This document shows positions 30,195 through 40,007 of a stretch of 64,000 nt of DNA, piece after piece (within the stretch, counting starts at the first letter, position 1; each line of letters starts with the position of its first letter). Origin of the DNA: a virus (taxonomy: Duplodnaviria; Caudoviricetes); IMG/VR virus record IMGVR_UViG_3300034374_009547. One strand, given 5' to 3'. Position numbers and translations under genes: made by a program. The notes under the pieces are model-generated. The model saw only the letters and a list, made by a program, of their open reading frames with translations. It had not been told where the DNA came from and ran no database searches.

Positions 30195-30207
30195 TAAATA
30201 GTATACA

Positions 30208-32430
30208 ATGAGAAATTTAAATACCGTAGCAGAACAATTATTTAATGAAATTAGAGGACGTTATTCAAGCGTGTCAATCGGCGATGCTGATGGTAACATT
30301 ACCAATGAACCTAAGCAAGCAAGATTTTATGAATTTGATTTTAAATCAGGAATGCAGGATTTAGGAAAAGTAAGTGTAACACTTGACGAAGAATCTGGTG
30401 TTACAATTATGTATAATAATAATTTTACAGAAAATGCACTAGTAAGTGAAAAACAAGATTGGTATAATTTTTTAAAAAATATTAGAATGTTTGCAAAAAA
30501 ACGTTTATTAAATTTCGAAGTAAGAGATATTAATAAATCAAATCTAACTAAACGTGATTATTCTTATCTAGCTAAAAATCGTAGCGGAGATCAAACTATG
30601 GCTGAGTCTAAAATGTACGGCAGTAATAAAACAAGTTTTCAAAAAATTGGTAATGCAAAATTATCAATTAAACATACAAAACCTATGGAAGAAAGTGAAA
30701 GTAGAACAAAAAATATTGGTTCTATTTACATCGAAAATAACCAAGGTGAAAAATTTAAATATCCTTACAAACATCTTAGTGGTGCAAGAGCTTTAGCTAT
30801 GCATGTTAGCGAAGGTGGCAATCCTTATGACGACTTTGGTAAACACATTACAGGTTTAAGTGAAGAACTATCTAATCTCCGCAAGTTCAAAACTTATATG
30901 GGCCGTAGCAGTGTAATGGCAGAAAGCCTTGCTGAACATATGGATATTGTTAATGAAAGAATTGCAACAATTAAAAAGTCTATACAAAATCTTCAAAAGG
31001 AATCTCATTACAAACAAGCATTTGAAGAATTTGTACCAATTGAAGACATAGAAGTACCAGAAGATATATCAGCTAATTGGATCGACCAATTAACCGTAAA
31101 ACAATTTAATGAAGAATTAAAAGATGTATTTCCATACATTTACAATTTAGTTAGTGAAAATACAAAACCAGAAGAAATAACTTTTGAAGACATTTTTTAT
31201 GAAGCAAAAGATACAATGATAAAAACACAACCTGGTGAAGATTCTGTATCGCAAGTTGCACAAAGATTCAGAGTGCCTGCAGAAAAAATGAAAGATTTTA
31301 TTCAAGACGTCATCGAAGTTAATGGGTTAGATAGTGACAAACTACAACCAGGAATAGATTTGGTTATACCAGCAGGTTATATTCCTGGTAATGTATCATC
31401 GAGTCCAAGACCGCAAATGAGACCAACTAATAATACAAATATCGGCAGTACAGAAATAGCACCAAATGGTCAAGTTACAGGCAGCACAAGAGGCTTCAAT
31501 ACAGAGTCTGCAATTGATGCTGCATTTGATAAATTGTTAGGACAATTTGCAGATAATTTTAGTGCGCAAGTAGAAGGCGATACAGATGAAGGCAACGCAT
31601 ACGCACATGCTGTAAGACAAGCAAAAATGAATGGCGCTAAAAAAGGCGACAAAATAGATCATCCAGATTCAGACGAAGATGATATTGTAATTGAAAAAGA
31701 CAAAACACCATTAGGCGAGTTTATACTAAGTTACTTTGATAGACAAACAGGCCAGTTTCCAAAAGGCGAAACAGCAGTATTGACCAGTGTAGAAAAAGAC
31801 TATGGCGATCAATACGTCAAACCAGCAAGTCAGTTCATAGAACGTCTAGGTCAAGTATACGAAAAATATCAACAGAAAAAACTAGGACAAGTTAATTTAG
31901 ACGAAGCAGGTGCCGGAGACTTTGAATCTCAATTCAGACGTATTCAACAAAGAGGTGGCAACGTAGCAGTTAGTATACATGGACTTCTTAAAGACTCTGG
32001 GTTAGATGCAGATCAAATTATGGGATTTGATCCTAATGTTCCGAGCAACCGTACTAAAGTTAACCAATTTCAACAAGGTAATCAAGAAGAAGTTTTACAA
32101 AAAGCACAGCAGGCATTGGGCAGCGCACAAGGCGGACAAGCACAGCCAGCAGCAGGTAGTGCGCAAGGCGGACAAGATTTAGGCAATGGCTTCCAAAAAA
32201 TAAAACATCCACAATATGGTGATGCTATATTGGATACTCAAAGCGGAAGTGTTATTTTTGTAAATGCAGGAAAATTAAGATCTCCAGGCAAATATGCAGT
32301 TTTACAAAGAAATGGAAAAATTCAAACGACAAACCAATTAGGACCGATGTCTACACAAGCAATGCAAGATGCAGGTTTAGGCGAGTCACAAAATTTAAAC
32401 AGAATTCAAGAGTTAGCCGGTTTAAGATAA
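30208..32430 (+). CDS. Large probable head/core protein with a LysM-like domain
   Basis: Late promoter at 30193; KTQPGEDSVSQVAQRF...IEVNGLDSDKLQPGIDLVIP; C-terminal LNRIQELAGL. Confidence 0.6.
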   Translation: MRNLNTVAEQLFNEIRGRYSSVSIGDADGNITNEPKQARFYEFDFKSGMQDLGKVSVTLDEESGVTIMYNNNFTENALVSEKQDWYNFLKNIRMFAKKRLLNFEVRDINKSNLTKRDYSYLAKNRSGDQTMAESKMYGSNKTSFQKIGNAKLSIKHTKPMEESESRTKNIGSIYIENNQGEKFKYPYKHLSGARALAMHVSEGGNPYDDFGKHITGLSEELSNLRKFKTYMGRSSVMAESLAEHMDIVNERIATIKKSIQNLQKESHYKQAFEEFVPIEDIEVPEDISANWIDQLTVKQFNEELKDVFPYIYNLVSENTKPEEITFEDIFYEAKDTMIKTQPGEDSVSQVAQRFRVPAEKMKDFIQDVIEVNGLDSDKLQPGIDLVIPAGYIPGNVSSSPRPQMRPTNNTNIGSTEIAPNGQVTGSTRGFNTESAIDAAFDKLLGQFADNFSAQVEGDTDEGNAYAHAVRQAKMNGAKKGDKIDHPDSDEDDIVIEKDKTPLGEFILSYFDRQTGQFPKGETAVLTSVEKDYGDQYVKPASQFIERLGQVYEKYQQKKLGQVNLDEAGAGDFESQFRRIQQRGGNVAVSIHGLLKDSGLDADQIMGFDPNVPSNRTKVNQFQQGNQEEVLQKAQQALGSAQGGQAQPAAGSAQGGQDLGNGFQKIKHPQYGDAILDTQSGSVIFVNAGKLRSPGKYAVLQRNGKIQTTNQLGPMSTQAMQDAGLGESQNLNRIQELAGLR

Positions 32431-32439
32431 TCGGCTAAC
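32412..32439 (+). terminator. Hairpin (probable terminator) overlapping the stop codon
   Basis: gttagccg...cggctaac 8-bp stem; no clear U tract. Confidence 0.55.
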
Positions 32440-32466
32440 CATTTGAAAATATTGTCAAAAAAATAG

Positions 32467-32495
32467 TTGACAAGATAAATAACATTGTGTAGTAT
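32467..32495 (+). promoter_or_regulatory. Sigma70 promoter for gp32 with nested late core
   Basis: TTGACA-N17-TAGTAT; GATAAATA at 32474-32481 lies within the spacer. Confidence 0.75.
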
Positions 32496-32554
32496 AGTAA
32501 TTGTGCTGCACACTAAAGGCACATAGAACATAGGCAATATAAGGAGGCATAACT

Positions 32555-33544
32555 ATGGCATCATTAGCAGAAATTAGAGCAAAGCTCAAAGAACAAGAAA
32601 ATCGTTCAAGCGGTGGCAACACAGGCGGCGATAACGCAATTTACCCATTTTGGAATATGAAAGAAGGCGATCAGGCAACCCTGCGCTTCTTGCCTGACGG
32701 CGATGATTCAAACACTTTCTTTTGGAAAGAGCGTTTGATGATTAAACTTCCATTTGCTGGTGTAAAAGGCGAAACTGACTCACGTCCAGTACAAGTACAA
32801 GTACCATGCATGGAAATGTATGGCGAATCTTGCCCAATCTTGCAAGAAGTACGTGGCTGGTTTAAAGATCCAAGTTTAGAAGATATGGGTCGTAAGTATT
32901 GGAAGAAACGTAGTTATATCTTCCAAGGTTTTGTTGTAGATGATCCATTGAAAGAAGATTCACAACCAGAAAATCCTATTCGTAGATTTATTATTGGTCC
33001 GCAAATCTTCCAACTAATCAAAGCAGCACTAATGGACCCAGATATGGAAGAACTGCCAACAGATTATACTGCTGGTGTAGACTTCCGTCTTGCTAAAGGT
33101 TCAAAAGGTGGTTATGCAGATTACGGCGCAAGTAATTGGGCACGTAGAGAGCGTCCACTAGGTGATGCAGAGATGGCAGCAGTGAACACACACGGGTTGT
33201 TTAATCTAAATGATTTCCTTCCTAAAAAGCCAGGCGAAGTAGAACTTAAAGTTCTTACTGAAATGTTTGAAGCAAGTGTTGACGGTGAAGCATATGATGC
33301 AGAGCGTTGGAGTAATTACTTCCGTCCTGCAGGTATGGCAGCACGTACAGGTGATCCAAACACAGCACCTGCTCCGACACCTGCTCCACAACCAGCAGCA
33401 CCTGCACCTGCACCAGCAGCAGTTGAAGATGATATTCCTTTTAAATCAAATGAGGAAGTAGCAGCTGAAGCAGCACCAGCAGAAAACGCCGGCGGCGGCG
33501 CACAAGACATCCTAGCGATGATTCGTGCTCGTCAAGGACAATAA
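32555..33544 (+). CDS. Single-stranded DNA-binding protein (T4 gp32-like)
   Basis: ATLRFLPD, CMEMYGESCP, KYWKKRSYIFQGFVV, FIIGPQIF; Ala/Pro linker and acidic tail; AAGGAGG SD. Confidence 0.93.
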   Translation: MASLAEIRAKLKEQENRSSGGNTGGDNAIYPFWNMKEGDQATLRFLPDGDDSNTFFWKERLMIKLPFAGVKGETDSRPVQVQVPCMEMYGESCPILQEVRGWFKDPSLEDMGRKYWKKRSYIFQGFVVDDPLKEDSQPENPIRRFIIGPQIFQLIKAALMDPDMEELPTDYTAGVDFRLAKGSKGGYADYGASNWARRERPLGDAEMAAVNTHGLFNLNDFLPKKPGEVELKVLTEMFEASVDGEAYDAERWSNYFRPAGMAARTGDPNTAPAPTPAPQPAAPAPAPAAVEDDIPFKSNEEVAAEAAPAENAGGGAQDILAMIRARQGQ

Positions 33545-33546
33545 TA

Positions 33547-33576
33547 GAAAGGGCTTCGGCCCTTTCCTTTGCTTTT
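33547..33576 (+). terminator. Intrinsic terminator with cUUCGg loop
   Basis: gaaagggc-ttcg-gccctttc followed by a T-rich tail. Confidence 0.9.
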
Positions 33577-33593
33577 TAGAATAGGAGATATGT

Positions 33594-34688
33594 ATGGCTA
33601 CTAAAGCATTCGATCCTTCAAAGTTTCGAAACTCATTAACAAAATCTATTAAAGGTATGAGTGCAGGCTTTAATGATCCACAAGATTGGATCAGCACAGG
33701 CAACTATGCACTTAACTATCTGCTAAGTGGTGATTTCCGCAAAGGTATTCCGCTAGGTAAAGTAAGCGTGTTTGCAGGCGAATCAGGCGCAGGCAAGTCT
33801 TACATTGTGTCTGGTAATATTGTAAAGTCAGCACAAGAGCAAGACATCTTTGTGGTGCTTATTGACTCAGAAAACGCACTAGATCAAACATGGCTAGAAG
33901 CATTAGGTGTTGACTGCGATGACAGCAAACTACTAAAACTTAACATGGCAATGATTGACGATGTTGCTAAAACTATTAGCACATTTATGGATGATTATAA
34001 ATCAATGAACGAAGAAGATCGTCCTAAAGTATTGTTTGTTGTTGACTCATTAGGTATGCTTATGTCACCAACTGAAGTAAATCAGTTTGAAGCAGGTGAT
34101 ATGAAGGGTGATATGGGTCGTAAGGCAAAAGCACTGAAGGCATTGGTTACTAACTGCGTAAATATGTTTGGTAGTTACAATGTTGGTATGTGTGTTACTA
34201 ACCACACTTATGCATCGCAGGATATGTTTGATCCAGATGATAAGATTTCAGGTGGTAGTGGCTTTGTGTATGCAAGTTCAATGGTTGTAGCAATGAAAAA
34301 GCTGAAACTAAAAGAAGATGCAGACGGCAACAAAACATCACAAGTACACGGTATTAGAGCAGCGTGTAAGGTTATGAAAACACGTTACGCTAAACCGTTT
34401 GAAGCAGTACAAGTGAAGATTCCTTATGAAACAGGAATGGATCCATATTCAGGCATGTTTGATTTGCTTGAAGCAAAAGGACTGCTTGAAAAACAAGGTA
34501 ATCGCTACAAGTATGTTGATAGCGAAGGAAATGAAACACTAGAATATCGTAAAAACTGGACAGGTGAACTACTCGAAATGATTATGGCCGATTTACCGGC
34601 AAAAGAAGCACAAATGGTAAATATCGCTAACGCAACCGACGAAGAAGTTGTGATTGATCATAACGAGGAGTTAGCTGAGAATGAATGA
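33594..34688 (+). CDS. uvsX: UvsX / RecA-like recombinase
   Basis: WISTGNYALN, AGESGAGKS Walker A, IDSENALD, VVDSLGML, TNHTY, SGGSGFVYASS. Confidence 0.95.
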   Translation: MATKAFDPSKFRNSLTKSIKGMSAGFNDPQDWISTGNYALNYLLSGDFRKGIPLGKVSVFAGESGAGKSYIVSGNIVKSAQEQDIFVVLIDSENALDQTWLEALGVDCDDSKLLKLNMAMIDDVAKTISTFMDDYKSMNEEDRPKVLFVVDSLGMLMSPTEVNQFEAGDMKGDMGRKAKALKALVTNCVNMFGSYNVGMCVTNHTYASQDMFDPDDKISGGSGFVYASSMVVAMKKLKLKEDADGNKTSQVHGIRAACKVMKTRYAKPFEAVQVKIPYETGMDPYSGMFDLLEAKGLLEKQGNRYKYVDSEGNETLEYRKNWTGELLEMIMADLPAKEAQMVNIANATDEEVVIDHNEELAENE

Positions 34689-34905
34689 AGAATTTGTTTC
34701 TGATCTATGGAACTTGTTTAAAGAATATTTGGATAAAAAGCATATTGAATTAGCAGCAGAAAGATATGTAGATACTCTTATTGATTACGGAGTTTCGGAT
34801 ATTCAGTTGCAAGAAATGTTAGGCGGTGATAAAACACTTGATGCTGCAATTCAATATTACTTAGAGTTAGACGACGATAACGATGACGACGATTGGGATG
34901 AATAA
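34681..34905 (+). CDS. Small acidic hypothetical protein
   Basis: Coupled between uvsX and uvsY. Confidence 0.65.
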   Translation: MNEEFVSDLWNLFKEYLDKKHIELAAERYVDTLIDYGVSDIQLQEMLGGDKTLDAAIQYYLELDDDNDDDDWDE

Positions 34906-35360
34906 TGGGTTGGTACAGCCAAGTAAGCAGAGATATATCACAAATTCCTTCTGCTATACAATACTTTGAAACTGAACTAGTTCAAGCAAAACAAGAATGT
35001 AAGTTACACGGTAATGTTGAAAAACAAGCATCAATGATGCCAGGTATTGTCGAGCATAGATTTAATCAGTTACAAGAAATTGAAGCCATATTAGAATTCT
35101 TAAACATTGAACTGCGTAAACTACGCAGTTCTTTTTTCAAAAAATATCTTGAAAATTATCAAAGAGCATTATCAAGCCGAGATGTAGAAAAGTATGTTGA
35201 TGGCGAACAAGATGTATGTGATTATGAAAAAATTATAAACGAATTTGCACTTATGCGTAACAAATGGTTAGGTGTGTTAAAAGCACTAGATCAGAAACAA
35301 TGGCAGATAACTAATATTGTAAAACTAAGAGTAGCAGGTATGGAAGATGCAAGTTTATAA
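34905..35360 (+). CDS. uvsY: UvsY recombination mediator
   Basis: Helical; KKYLENYQRALSSRDVEKYVDGE; position after uvsX. Confidence 0.8.
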   Translation: MGWYSQVSRDISQIPSAIQYFETELVQAKQECKLHGNVEKQASMMPGIVEHRFNQLQEIEAILEFLNIELRKLRSSFFKKYLENYQRALSSRDVEKYVDGEQDVCDYEKIINEFALMRNKWLGVLKALDQKQWQITNIVKLRVAGMEDASL

Positions 35361-35385
35361 ATAACTTACGGAGTATAAAATATAT

Positions 35386-36327
35386 ATGGGAAAATATCGT
35401 GTTTCTGGGGTACTTAATCCAACAGAAAGTATTAAAGCAAGTAACATTACTAAATGGCACAAAGGTGATAGAGTTGACTATTGGCCAAAAGATATGATGG
35501 CTGAAAATAATGTTAACGGAGTGTTAAATGAATTGTTTTCTGCATACGGACCTCCAAAACCTATTTTTAGACCACAAGATAAAGTTTTGACTATGGGAAG
35601 TTGCTTTGCATTACGCATTAGAGAATGGATGGAAAAGAACGGAAGAGGCACAGAAGCACTTTTTATTCCAGAAGGATTAAACAATAGTTTTGCAGTAAGA
35701 CAATTTATAGAATGGGCATTAACAGGTAATCGTAGTCACGATGCTTATTGGTATGATGAATTAGCAGACGGTGTAGGTAAATGGGAATCTCCTGAAGAGC
35801 AAGAACAAATAAAAAAACATTTTATCAATCACAACGGATTTGTTATTACTTTTGGTTTAGCAGAAGTTTGGAAAGACAAAGAAACCGGAGGCGTATTTTG
35901 GAGAGGTGTGCCTAATGATATGTTTGATCCCAACAAACACGAATCTGTTGTTAGTACCGTAGAAGAAAATATTGCAAATATAAAAACAATTGTTGAGTTG
36001 TTAAGAAAATACTGCGGCAATAAACCTATTATTATTACACTAAGTCCTGTACCACTTAATGCTACATTTCAAGAAAGACCATGTGTAGTTAGTGATTGTG
36101 TAAGCAAAAGTATATTACGTGTTTCAATAGACGAAGCATTAAGAAACATTAATGATAAAAATGTATATTACTGGCCTAGTTTTGAATATGTTAAATGGAT
36201 TCCTAGCCATATGCCAATTGTAACATTTGGTGGCAAAAAAGGAAAGAAAATTACTGATAGTAGACATGTAGCAGAGACTGCTGTATCAAACATTATTAGT
36301 AATTTTGCTAAAAAGTTTTTTATATAA
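35386..36327 (+). CDS. GSCFA-family (SGNH-like) protein
   Basis: LTMGSCFA, ITFGLAEVW, TLSPVPL, SKSILR, YWPSFE, DSRHV motifs; TATAAATA at 35356. Confidence 0.85.
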   Translation: MGKYRVSGVLNPTESIKASNITKWHKGDRVDYWPKDMMAENNVNGVLNELFSAYGPPKPIFRPQDKVLTMGSCFALRIREWMEKNGRGTEALFIPEGLNNSFAVRQFIEWALTGNRSHDAYWYDELADGVGKWESPEEQEQIKKHFINHNGFVITFGLAEVWKDKETGGVFWRGVPNDMFDPNKHESVVSTVEENIANIKTIVELLRKYCGNKPIIITLSPVPLNATFQERPCVVSDCVSKSILRVSIDEALRNINDKNVYYWPSFEYVKWIPSHMPIVTFGGKKGKKITDSRHVAETAVSNIISNFAKKFFI

Positions 36328-36337
36328 GGTGTAAGAA

Positions 36338-37000
36338 ATGGATACTGATCTCCTTTATGGTTGGCATGTATTACAAGGTGATAGTACTCTAGAGAGAGCT
36401 TTTAATAAATCTAAAATTTCAACTATTTTAGATTATCAAAAAGATCAATTAGATACAGCAATATCTTTTTGTAAAAACTTTAGACATACTATTGACATTG
36501 GAGCCAATTATGGACTAATGTCGGCTAATATGTCTAATATATTTAAAAAAGTTTCTGCATTTGAAATAGTTCCTGAAATTAATGCTTGCTTTAAAATGAA
36601 TGCAAAAAAATTTAATTTACAAAATGTAGAAATATATGACTGCGGATTAGGCGACAAAAAAGAAAAAGTTTCTATAAATTTTAATCCTAAAAGTACCTTT
36701 TCAACTCATATTAGTACAAATCAAGAAAATACTACCAAGGTAAAAATTTCTACATTAGATTCATTTAATTTTACAAATGTAGATTTTATTAAAATTGATG
36801 CAGAAGGGTTTGAACCTTTTATTATCAAAGGTGGTTTAAAAACAATTTTAAAATATAAACCTGTAATTCTTTATGAAAGAAAAGGACATGAAAAAAGATA
36901 TGGATTTCAAAAAAATTCAGTACTAGATATTTTATCTCGCCATGGATATACAGAGTTAGCTAATATAGGAAGCAAAAATGCTTTGATAGGTGTGAAATGA
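36338..37000 (+). CDS. FkbM-family SAM-dependent methyltransferase
   Basis: IDIGANYG, DFIKIDAEGFE, KYKPVILYE. Confidence 0.88.
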   Translation: MDTDLLYGWHVLQGDSTLERAFNKSKISTILDYQKDQLDTAISFCKNFRHTIDIGANYGLMSANMSNIFKKVSAFEIVPEINACFKMNAKKFNLQNVEIYDCGLGDKKEKVSINFNPKSTFSTHISTNQENTTKVKISTLDSFNFTNVDFIKIDAEGFEPFIIKGGLKTILKYKPVILYERKGHEKRYGFQKNSVLDILSRHGYTELANIGSKNALIGVK

Positions 37001-37617
37001 AAAAAGTATTTGAATACTGGATGCCAGATACAGATGAACACTTTGAAAGATTAATTGCAAAAAGAGTTAAAAATGGTGGCCCGCCGCAGTATCAAGATGA
37101 TGTAAGAGATGAAGCATACAAGTATGTAAGTGACTTTAACATTGCAGTTGACATAGGTGCTAATGTTGGTCTGTGGTCTAAACCTCTTACAGAAAAGTTT
37201 AACCAAGTAATAGCTTACGAACCTCTTGAGCAAGTATATTCGTGCTTAGAAAGAAATGTAAGTGGACTGCCTGTACAAATTCATAAACACGCATTAGGCA
37301 GTGTTAATGATGTAGTTGAAATGGTATTTGACGAAGAAAACACAGGCGGCAGTTTTGTTAGTGAAATTGGCACCGGTAGTATTCAAATTAAAAGATTAGA
37401 TGATTTAAATTTACCAAAGTTTGGATTATTAAAAATTGATTGTGAAAGACATGAATTAGAAGTGTTAAAAGGCGCAATGGATACTATCCTTAGATACAAA
37501 CCAATTATAGTATGTGAACAGCAAGCTGACACAGATCAATGTGCAGGTATGTATTTGAAATCTTTTGGCGCCAGAGAAATAACAAACGTAAGGAAAGACT
37601 ATATCTTTGGATGGTAA
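36997..37617 (+). CDS. FkbM-family SAM-dependent methyltransferase (paralog)
   Basis: VDIGANVG, LLKIDCERHE, RYKPIIVCE. Confidence 0.85.
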   Translation: MKKVFEYWMPDTDEHFERLIAKRVKNGGPPQYQDDVRDEAYKYVSDFNIAVDIGANVGLWSKPLTEKFNQVIAYEPLEQVYSCLERNVSGLPVQIHKHALGSVNDVVEMVFDEENTGGSFVSEIGTGSIQIKRLDDLNLPKFGLLKIDCERHELEVLKGAMDTILRYKPIIVCEQQADTDQCAGMYLKSFGAREITNVRKDYIFGW

Positions 37618-38476
37618 AATTTTATTAACTGGTTCACACGGATTTATTGGCAGTCATTACTACAAACATTTACAAAAACAAAATGCATATGTAGTACCTT
37701 ACGATAAAAAAATCCGCGGTGAAGATTTATCAGATAAAAATACTACACAATTATTACCTGACTATGATATTGTAGTACACCTTGCTGCAACTAATGGCAC
37801 TAAATTATTTTATGAACAGCCAACTGATGTACTAATAAATAATACACTACCAACAATAAATTTAATTGAACGTTATAAAAATACCAATACTAAATTTGTT
37901 TTTGCTAGTACTTGTGAAATATTTAATGGAGCAATTGATGCAGGTTATTACCATGTGCCAACTGATGAGCAAGTACCGGTTGTGTTTAACGACATTACGA
38001 ATCCAAGATGGAGTTATAGCATTCCGAAAGCTCTAGGTGAAAACCTAGTAGCAAACAGCGGATTAGATTATTTAATTATTAGATATTTTAATGTTTATGG
38101 TCCAGGACAAGTAGATCATTTCGTCAACGAATTTGTAGAACGCTGTAAACGTGGCGAGTATTATATTAAAGGCGATGATACTAGAAGTTTTTGTTATATA
38201 GATGATGCAGTGCAAATGACTGACATTCTTATCAAAAAATCTTGTAGTAACATAGTGCATGTTGGAAATGACAACGAAGTAAAGATAAGCGTAGTAGCAA
38301 AACTTATTATGGGCTTTATGGGTATAAATCCTGACAAGTTACAAATACTACCAGGTCCAGAAGGCAGTGCAAAACGTAGATGTCCTGATACAACACTAGT
38401 ACAAATGCTAACAGGATTTACTAATTATACTCCTTTAGACGTTGGACTTAAAAAAACAATAGAAAGTTTATTATGA
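37607..38476 (+). CDS. NAD-dependent epimerase/dehydratase (UDP-glucuronate decarboxylase-like)
   Basis: TGSHGFIG, HLAA, ASTCE, RWSYSIPK (YxxxK), RYFNVYGP. Confidence 0.88.
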   Translation: MDGKILLTGSHGFIGSHYYKHLQKQNAYVVPYDKKIRGEDLSDKNTTQLLPDYDIVVHLAATNGTKLFYEQPTDVLINNTLPTINLIERYKNTNTKFVFASTCEIFNGAIDAGYYHVPTDEQVPVVFNDITNPRWSYSIPKALGENLVANSGLDYLIIRYFNVYGPGQVDHFVNEFVERCKRGEYYIKGDDTRSFCYIDDAVQMTDILIKKSCSNIVHVGNDNEVKISVVAKLIMGFMGINPDKLQILPGPEGSAKRRCPDTTLVQMLTGFTNYTPLDVGLKKTIESLL

Positions 38477-39216
38477 TTATAGGTGTAGTAGGTATAGGTG
38501 TTGTTGGAAAAGCAAATGTTAACGGCTTTAAAAGGTTAGGACACACCGTACTTGAGCACGATGTCAAATATAATACAGCTTTAAGAGATGTGTTGACTGC
38601 AGAAATTATTTTTATTTGCACTCCTGAAGACCAAGTTAATAATGTTGTAAAAGATATTAGCCTGTATGATTATAAAGGAGTAGTAGCAATTCGAAGCACA
38701 ACTACTCCGGGTACTACAGATGAACTAATAAAAAAACATAACATAGATATTTGTTTTGTACCTGAATTTCTTAGACAAAATTATGCTGACAAAGATTTTG
38801 AACAATGTGATTTATTAGCTATTGGTACAAATAATTTAAAAATAGGACGTAAAGTAAGAAACGCTTTTGGTAAGTTACCTAAAAATGTAGATTATATGAT
38901 GCCAGCAGAAGCAGAAATATTGAAATTATATAATAACTCTTATGCAGCACTTAGAGTTGTGTTTGCTAATATTATGTACGATATTGCCAACAAATATGAT
39001 GCAGATTATAGTGTTATAAAAAATGCGTATAAAAAAACAAATAAAACAAGTGGAAATTATTTAGATGTAAATAAAAATTTACGTGGTTATAGCGGTGCCT
39101 GTTTACCTAAAGACACTTTAGCTCTTTCTAAATTAATTAATGATCTTAAATTAGATTACACACTTGTACAATCGATTCATAACGATAATTTAAAATTACC
39201 AAAAAATAAAACTTAG
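38473..39216 (+). CDS. ugd: UDP-glucose/GDP-mannose 6-dehydrogenase family, lacking the C-terminal domain
   Basis: GIGVVG, RSTTTPG, PEFLR, AEILKLYNNSY, GYSGACLPKD catalytic Cys. Confidence 0.8.
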   Translation: MIIGVVGIGVVGKANVNGFKRLGHTVLEHDVKYNTALRDVLTAEIIFICTPEDQVNNVVKDISLYDYKGVVAIRSTTTPGTTDELIKKHNIDICFVPEFLRQNYADKDFEQCDLLAIGTNNLKIGRKVRNAFGKLPKNVDYMMPAEAEILKLYNNSYAALRVVFANIMYDIANKYDADYSVIKNAYKKTNKTSGNYLDVNKNLRGYSGACLPKDTLALSKLINDLKLDYTLVQSIHNDNLKLPKNKT

Positions 39217-39239
39217 TAAAGTACGCATATAAATACTAC

Positions 39240-40007
39240 ATGAAAGTAGTACTAGTTACAGGTGGATTTGATCCTCTACATTCCGGGCACATTGCCTATT
39301 TTAAAGCAGCACGAGAACTTGGAGATCACTTAGTAGTTGGTCTTAATTCTGATGCTTGGCTTACACGCAAAAAGGGTCGTCCGTTTATGTCAATTGATGA
39401 ACGGGCTGCCATTGTTAAAGAACTAGAATGTGTAGATGAAGTTATAGCATTTGACGATAACGACAACACAGCATGTCTTGCTATAGGGCAAGTTTTATCT
39501 ACAAAGGCAAGTAGTTGGAAACTTATCTTTGCTAATGGCGGTGATAGAACAAATAAAACAACACCAGAATTTGAAACTTGGGGCAATCATCCTGATGTTG
39601 AATTTGCCTGGGGTGTTGGCGGTAAAGATAAGAAAAACTCAAGCAGTTGGATACTCAAAGATTGGAGTCAACCTACAACAGAACGTGCTTGGGGCAAATA
39701 CACTATATTAGATAAAGGTGAAGGTTGGCAAGTTAAACAACTTGAGTTTGCAGCAGGTAAAGCACTTAGTGATCAACGACACTTTAAACGCAGCGAACAC
39801 TGGCACGTTGTTAATGGCGTTATCAATATGTTCCTTGAAGATAAAATAGGAAGAAGAACTAGCACACTATTAACGCCAGGTGATAGTATTGACATTCCAA
39901 TAGGCTATTGGCATAAGGCTGTAAATTTAGATAACAAAGCAGCAAAAGTTATAGAAGTCTGGATGGGTAAAGAATTAAGTGAAGAAGATATAGAAAGAAG
40001 AGATTAA
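39240..40007 (+). CDS. Cytidylyltransferase-like domain (HldE/TagD type) fused to a cupin (mannose-6-P isomerase C-terminal-like)
   Basis: TGGFDPLHSGH, ANGGDR, NSSSWIL; then RAWGKY...SDQRHFKRSEHWHVV...IPIGYWH. Confidence 0.88.
   Translation: MKVVLVTGGFDPLHSGHIAYFKAARELGDHLVVGLNSDAWLTRKKGRPFMSIDERAAIVKELECVDEVIAFDDNDNTACLAIGQVLSTKASSWKLIFANGGDRTNKTTPEFETWGNHPDVEFAWGVGGKDKKNSSSWILKDWSQPTTERAWGKYTILDKGEGWQVKQLEFAAGKALSDQRHFKRSEHWHVVNGVINMFLEDKIGRRTSTLLTPGDSIDIPIGYWHKAVNLDNKAAKVIEVWMGKELSEEDIERRD

Noticed and set aside
32119-32176. 36-nt-period GSAQGGQ duplication
   Set aside because: Ordinary low-complexity linker repeat.
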